Shown here piece by piece: positions 58,859 through 64,000 of a stretch of DNA of 64,000 nucleotides. Within the stretch, counting starts at the first letter, position 1. Each line of letters opens with the position of its first letter. Below the pieces are notes generated by a model. It did not search any database and had not been told where the DNA came from. It saw only the letters and a program-made list of their open reading frames with translations. Position numbers and translations under genes: made by a program. The DNA is from Ignavibacteriota bacterium (lineage in GTDB: Bacteria > Bacteroidota > Ignavibacteria > UBA10030 > UBA6906). The stretch spans positions 384,001-448,000 of the forward strand of contig CAWDEM010000004.1 in assembly GCA_963801355.1 (NCBI GenBank). Direction: 5' to 3'.

Positions 58859-59881
58859 TCAGTTCCGAGGTAGGACAAGCCGCGATGCCGCCAAGGTGTC
58901 GCGGCTTTCGTATGTATGTGTATAGACCTTCGTGCTCTCTGGATCCTTGTGACCAAGGAATGCCTGTAACACATTCCAGGGTGTTCCCGCCGATGCCCTC
59001 CACGTCGCGCATGTGTGACGAAGAACGTGAAAGGTATAGGACGCTGGCAATTCGGCTTTCTCCACGTAGTCCCGGAATCGTGCTGTCAACGTTTCGGGGT
59101 GACACGATATGAGTCTGTCGGGAACCTTACTCTGGAGCATGAGCCGTCGGATGATGGCGGCAAGCCTCCTGTCAATGGGGATTTCCCGGTAGTCCTTCTG
59201 CTTGCTTTGAGGAATGCGAAGCGTCCGGCCTTCCAGGTCCACGTGTTCAGACACTCGTATCGCTGTACCTTCAGCCCGTCGTGCGCCTGTAACTATATAG
59301 AAATCAATGATGTCCCGAAATGATTCATCGTCCACCTTCGTCATGAGGGTCTTGTACTGTTCGCGTGTAAGGTAACGAGGTGGCTTCTTTTCCTTTTTTG
59401 GAAGCTCCACGAAGTCCACGGGGTTCTCATGGACCAAACGCAATCGCTTCCCCAACTTGAATGCCGCAGAGATTACCCGTACCTCGTTGATCACGGTCTT
59501 GACGCTTTTGTTGTCGGCCAGTCGGAACGACATATAGGCCTCTATCTTCGCGGAGTCTATCAGGTGTGCTTGTTCATCGACGTGAAGAAATTCCCCAAAG
59601 TTCACCAACGCGGCTTTGATGGCTGCAAGGGTTTCGGGTTCTCGTTGAAGCGCGGCCTTCCGTTCCCGGAATTTCCTGGCGAGCTCGGAGAATCGCACGC
59701 TCGAGGGTTCCGCTGTGTATATCCCTGCCTCTCTCAAAGCTAGCCTCCGTTCCTCTTCCGCGCGGATTGCATCGGCGGTCTTTGCATCCGTGGTGTCGAG
59801 TGAGCGGCGAGGAATCCCGGTCTTCTTCGGGTACCTGAGCCACCAGACTTTTCCTCGTCGATACTTGGTTACGCGCGCCAT
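58859..59881 (-). CDS. Tyrosine recombinase / phage integrase
   Basis: TGARRAE (R), FHVLRHT (HxxR), LGH...TKVY (H, Y); N-terminal arm-binding-like WWLRY...RRSL.T.D. Confidence 0.93.
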   Translation of the reverse strand: MARVTKYRRGKVWWLRYPKKTGIPRRSLDTTDAKTADAIRAEEERRLALREAGIYTAEPSSVRFSELARKFRERKAALQREPETLAAIKAALVNFGEFLHVDEQAHLIDSAKIEAYMSFRLADNKSVKTVINEVRVISAAFKLGKRLRLVHENPVDFVELPKKEKKPPRYLTREQYKTLMTKVDDESFRDIIDFYIVTGARRAEGTAIRVSEHVDLEGRTLRIPQSKQKDYREIPIDRRLAAIIRRLMLQSKVPDRLISCHPETLTARFRDYVEKAELPASYTFHVLRHTCATWRASAGTPWNVLQAFLGHKDPESTKVYTHTYESRDTLAASRLVLPRN

Positions 59882-60021
59882 AGATCATCCTCCTCAAAAC
59901 ACAAAGCACCGGTCCACTGTCAGGCCGTCACGGCCTTTGCAGAACCGGTGCCGTTGTCACCCCGAAGGGTGAACGAATTGATAACGGTGTGTGACGGTTG
60001 ACAGCGGATGCGAATATACAA

Positions 60022-60315
60022 TCATTCACCCCCCGTTGTCAAGTTAATCATCTCCGCACTGAATAGTGGGGCGTGAATCTGCGTGCGTCTCCTCGTATGC
60101 GCATTGTATGAGTGGGCCATGTTGCCGACGGTGCGCCGATCGATCATGGCTTCAATATCCCGCCGTCTCCACCTCCAGCCGCGAGATGATTCAAAGAGTT
60201 TGACAGCACAGGATCGAAGTTCTCCTGAATGTAGCATCTTGTAGACCATGCTGCGGGAGCATCTCAACATCATCGCCACCTCTGCCGCCGTCAGTATTTC
60301 GTCGCCCCTATCCAA
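60022..60315 (-). CDS. Excisionase-like HTH_17 DNA-binding protein
   Basis: ILTAAEVAMMLRCSRSMVYKML..GEL...WRWRRRDIEAMI. Confidence 0.8.
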   Translation of the reverse strand: MDRGDEILTAAEVAMMLRCSRSMVYKMLHSGELRSCAVKLFESSRGWRWRRRDIEAMIDRRTVGNMAHSYNAHTRRRTQIHAPLFSAEMINLTTGGE

Positions 60316-60398
60316 CAGTAGTCACTTCCCCTCGTCGCTTGCAGCCGGGAATCCCGGAAGGGGTTTCCGGCCTTGCTCCGCCACGTGGTTTTGACCTT

Positions 60399-60612
60399 TA
60401 GACATGTGGACATTCCCTATAGCGGGGTGTGTCCATGTCCATACTCTTGGACACCGAGGACGCCTAAAATCTCTCCCCTGTCCATTTGGACATTTGGACA
60501 CTACACTATAGGAGGTGTCCAATTGTCCATTTCCCTCCTGGTCGATTTGGACGCCATTTAGACCTGTGTCCATTGGACTAACCTTCCCTTTGGACATCTG
60601 GACATGTGTCCA
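60399..60612. repeat. Cluster of TGGACA/TGTCCA iteron-like repeats (putative element origin)
   Basis: By eye, 13 exact copies in both orientations plus variants within about 210 bp. Confidence 0.7.
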
Positions 60613-61642
60613 TTTGGGGAAGGGAATACCACCCGTGCCGAGGCTTCAGGATCTTCCCGGACTCAATGGCCTCGTTCAGTTGCCGTTGGATTGTCTTTGG
60701 GTTGTACCCATAGCCCTCACAGGCCTTGAGGATGTCAGCGAAACGCATCTCCCCGTTGTCAAGTATAGCTTCGAAATCGATCACGTCCTTTGCGGTGTAC
60801 CCGGTCGATATGTGGTCACTTTCATTAACTTCTCCCAGGTCATAGAACCAAAGGGTTTCGGGGTTGAGCGCAAGAAGCCGTGCCGTCTTGTTGTCGTCGC
60901 CTGAGTGTCGCAATTTGGTTGCTTTTAAAATTCGCTTCGTCTCTTCAGTCTGTGAACGCCGAAGCATAAGGACCGTGTCGGCTGCAGCTCCGAATACTCC
61001 CGCCCCGCGCATAAGTTCACTGTTGAGCCGTTGTTCTCTGCCGCCTTTCTTCAGGTGATGAACCACGATGACGCAAGTCCCGTGTTTGTCACGGATGGCC
61101 TGAAGTTGTCGCATGAGGTCCTTCATCTTGCTGGAGTCGTTCTCATCCTCATTGTGCGCGAAGTACAAACAATCCAGTAGGACCAACGCTGGCTTCTCCG
61201 TTTCACACAGCTGATCCAGGATCTCATAACACTCAGAAAGCGGAGGTACCTGTTCCGGACAGATGAAGTTGTCCAATAGTGCGAGATTCGGCAGCGCCTT
61301 TGTCATGCTCTGAAACCGGCGCACAACGTCCTCGATGTAGAGTTCGTTGTTCAGGAAAATCACCGGTCCCGGTTGCGCGATCCACCATTCAAGGAACTTG
61401 GGCGCAGAGGTAGCTACAGTGATACCAAGGTTCATAGCAAGTATGGATTTCCCAGAACCTTCTTCGCCCGCAATGAACCCCAAGGACTTGCTGCGAAGGA
61501 TTCCTTTAAGCAAATCCGGTGCGTTGGATATGGGCATCGCTGACATCATGCCGCCCCTGATTATGTTGAAGGATTTCGGTTCCCTGTCATGATCCCTTTT
61601 GAATAAACTCTCAACCGTCTGTTGGATTTCCCTTTCCGGCAA
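60578..61642 (-). CDS. AAA_25 / RepA-like helicase domain (probably the C-terminal part of a primase-helicase fusion)
   Basis: AGEEGSGKS Walker A, VLLDCL, VVHHLKK, MRGAG.F...AD; C-terminal winged-helix-like tail. Confidence 0.8.
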   Translation of the reverse strand: MPEREIQQTVESLFKRDHDREPKSFNIIRGGMMSAMPISNAPDLLKGILRSKSLGFIAGEEGSGKSILAMNLGITVATSAPKFLEWWIAQPGPVIFLNNELYIEDVVRRFQSMTKALPNLALLDNFICPEQVPPLSECYEILDQLCETEKPALVLLDCLYFAHNEDENDSSKMKDLMRQLQAIRDKHGTCVIVVHHLKKGGREQRLNSELMRGAGVFGAAADTVLMLRRSQTEETKRILKATKLRHSGDDNKTARLLALNPETLWFYDLGEVNESDHISTGYTAKDVIDFEAILDNGEMRFADILKACEGYGYNPKTIQRQLNEAIESGKILKPRHGWYSLPQMDTCPDVQREG

Positions 61643-62487
61643 AGGGGTTGGGAGTAATGTCGTTCCAGTTCGTGACTATGCCCAACGCTAAGCCTTCTCT
61701 TATGCGTCTGGTCTTCAGGTGCCCGATGATCTTTGTCAACTGGTTGTGTCGCCTGCCGACCGGAAGCAGCGGCAAGCAACGATTCCGCTTCAGGTGATGA
61801 TTGATCGGTGGATCTGGGAAGGATGCTCACCAACCGCGCAATTATCTCTGGATCGTTCTTCTCGATGACCGGCTTGAAGGTGTTCCAGGTGTTGTCGATG
61901 AACAGCGTTGTTCCTTGACTTACGCACGGAGGGAAATGCGGTAGGCTGATGCTGCTTCCCACCGACCCGGGTTGCAACGTGTCTTGCTTCGGAATGATCT
62001 CAATACTTGGCTTGCGTTTGCCTTCTGATTCCAGCTGGGCAAGTTCCGCTTCAACAACCGAAACCAGAACACGCCGAACAGCTTTCGCCGAAACGGGCGC
62101 AATGAAGAATGTGTCAATGTGGCGATTGCCACCTCCGCTCTTGGACACCGACACGTAGGAGTTTATGGCGTTGGCTCGGAGTCTGTCAACGATCCGGAAT
62201 GCCAGAACATGACAGACTGCTATCATATCTTCGTCGACATCGTCGTGCGCGTCAATGTCGATTGTGGCAAACCAAACAGTGCCATCATCGAGAACTGGGT
62301 AGATAGCGACCTGATTTCGCCCAGCAGAGTGATCCTCAATCATCGCCTGGAATTGCCCAGCCTGCGGCCTCAGGCACTTCCAGCCGCTCTCGTATCTCAC
62401 TCCAACAACATCTCTACGTCCTACGTAGTGAGTGAGTAGGTCCTCCGGCGTGAAAAGCTCTGTCGGATTCTGCACTTCTGTGTTCAT
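61561..62487 (-). CDS. AEP-superfamily primase domain (frameshifted before PriCT)
   Basis: AIYP, FATIDID.HD, SKSGGGNRH, EIIPKQ, GS.ISLP. Confidence 0.72.
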   Translation of the reverse strand: MNTEVQNPTELFTPEDLLTHYVGRRDVVGVRYESGWKCLRPQAGQFQAMIEDHSAGRNQVAIYPVLDDGTVWFATIDIDAHDDVDEDMIAVCHVLAFRIVDRLRANAINSYVSVSKSGGGNRHIDTFFIAPVSAKAVRRVLVSVVEAELAQLESEGKRKPSIEIIPKQDTLQPGSVGSSISLPHFPPCVSQGTTLFIDNTWNTFKPVIEKNDPEIIARLVSILPRSTDQSSPEAESLLAAASGRQATQPVDKDHRAPEDQTHKRRLSVGHSHELERHYSQPLCRKGKSNRRLRVYSKGIMTGNRNPST

Positions 62488-62988
62488 TGTTTTTCCATCT
62501 GACCAAGGTACAGACTGGTCGGTGGCTTCCATGATTTGGCCAGACCGCGCGACCAAGGACACCAACAAGCGTGTCTCCATCGGCTGGGGCACCGCGTCTT
62601 TTTCTGGCGAGTGCTTGGCATTTTGGGATCTGCAACCCCGGCCGATTCCTTTCCTATTGGGATTTTTGCCAAATCGACAGCGGGTACAGACCGCAGTCAG
62701 GGATCACGCATTCTGAAACCTCCTCAGCGTTACCGCCACTACACTCAAGGCAGTGCCTCCGGATCAGCTTCAATGGGCTAACTTGTTTCATGTTACTCTC
62801 CCCGTCTATAATGCAGAAGCCGTGTCGCCCTTAGCTCGTTTGTGTCAGCATTCGAGGGGCAACACGGCTTTGCATCTCCCGTCATTCGCGTTGAGCTAAA
62901 TATCGAACGCTGACAGGAGTAAAGATCGTGCTAAAGTGAGATCAATGTTTCACGTGAATGTTCACATTTTTTCACGTGACTGTTATCC

Positions 62989-63552
62989 TCACAATTTCCG
63001 AACCATATCGTAACACTTCTCCTTGGTCCATTTTGAGTCACTGAACTCGAACTCATCAAACAACTGATGCGCCGCATGGCGCAAGCTGCTGTATTCCTGT
63101 GGGTTCAGTTCATACTGCTGCGTGACATGCCGGGCGAAGTCGGATTTGCTGCCATCCCACTTGTGCCGTTTTCGGTGACTTCCGGCATCTTTGCCTGGGT
63201 CGCCACTTGATACAGGCAACTCCAAACCCTTGCTGCGGAACCATAGGGCGTAGATACCGATTATTCTCTCAAATATCGAAGCCCTGAGCTGGATGTGTTC
63301 GCTTGCCGGAAGAGACAGCAGCTGCTCCCGCCAGTGCTGTAATTCGACCGTGGCACGCTGAAGCCCCTCGGTGTTCAGCTTGATAGCCCTCAGGTTGCCA
63401 GTTTCACGATCTTTGACGTTCACCCAGGCGACGGTGTCATCGCTGAAGATCTTGCCTTCATCATCGCTCACGAGATCCACTTCGCGCGACACGAAGGAGT
63501 CTTCCCTTAGCTCAAGGATATCTTGATATAGTGTGAAACCTGTCCTGTTCAT
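62989..63552 (-). CDS. Hypothetical protein of the integrated element
   Basis: 187-aa ORF with AAGGA RBS, co-oriented with the primase. Confidence 0.55.
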   Translation of the reverse strand: MNRTGFTLYQDILELREDSFVSREVDLVSDDEGKIFSDDTVAWVNVKDRETGNLRAIKLNTEGLQRATVELQHWREQLLSLPASEHIQLRASIFERIIGIYALWFRSKGLELPVSSGDPGKDAGSHRKRHKWDGSKSDFARHVTQQYELNPQEYSSLRHAAHQLFDEFEFSDSKWTKEKCYDMVRKL

Positions 63553-64000
63553 GAGATCCTTTGACTATCCGTTCATTCTGAGGGGCAAGCTCACGTCTGC
63601 CACACAGACAGGGCCAACCCACACATATACTAAATCCCTACTCCCCCCCCGGAGCGTCGTCAGTCCTTTTGTCACATGAAACCAAGTGATCCGCCCAGGG
63701 AACGGGTGGCGCAGTCCACGGGGTTTCGCAAGGTCGTACTCGACTTTTTGACGTGCACAACACACCCAACCTGTCCCCTGGCCTCACTCGCCCTTTTGTA
63801 TAACAACTCGCAAGGTCGTTTATTTTCCGAGAGGTCCGAAAAAACGAGGGTGAGTGTGTAGTAATGCCTGAGGGGTCAACCCGTCCGAGGACGCAGGCCA
63901 GAAGGGGCAGCTGCTCGCAGCTCCCTCACCCTCAATGGCCGACGTCTGGTGCAGCCGGAGGTGGGGGAGCAACGCCAGACTTGCCTCTTCTCTTTTTGAA

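Larger units (their letters stand above)
58796..64000. mobile_element. Integrative element (satellite/IME/cryptic prophage) inserted at tRNA-Pro; far end outside window
   Basis: Tyrosine integrase next to the tRNA 3' end, excisionase, primase/helicase, visibly more AT-rich than the backbone. Confidence 0.8.

Noticed and set aside
60322-60597. 91-aa ORF over the repeat cluster
   Set aside because: Low-information translation of TGGACA/TGTCCA repeats; better explained as an origin.
62600-62672. C4 antisense RNA target (a1b1)-like sequence
   Set aside because: Only a vague resemblance (TCGGCCGGGGTTGCAGATCCC on the minus strand); cannot be supported without a covariance search.
62946-62961. parS site (TGTTTCACGTGAATGT; similar half match near 27111)
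   Set aside because: Right arm deviates from TGTTTCACGTGAAACA at three or more positions; more likely an operator or chance.

Overview
High-GC bacterial chromosome segment. Several secreted proteins end in the QNYPNPFNP.T.I C-terminal sorting (T9SS-type) domain, suggesting a Bacteroidota-allied, Ignavibacteria-like lineage (inference). Most of 22-57.8 kb is housekeeping (priA, murB, larC, waaA/waaF, hisA, purE, dapB, rfbD, serS, fbp, envC, ettA, truA). Three regions stand out. (1) A UvrD/PcrA-family helicase is cleanly split into two intact ORFs by a complete homocysteine S-methyltransferase gene, with ATGA start/stop coupling at both junctions (12858-15786). (2) Divergent from that operon lies an archaeal-type PolB2 cassette (inactive RadA-like protein, small partner, PolB2) behind a promoter with a duplicated ACGACA-N4-TGTYGT palindrome (17.6-20.9 kb). 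(3) A GIY-YIG nuclease gene runs into tRNA-Pro(TGG) and is preceded by a hairpin-interrupted copy of the tRNA 5' half. It is followed by a tRNA-integrated element with integrase, excisionase, an iteron-like repeat cluster and a frameshift-broken primase-helicase, which runs off the window end. All calls come from reading the sequence and ORF track; no searches were run.
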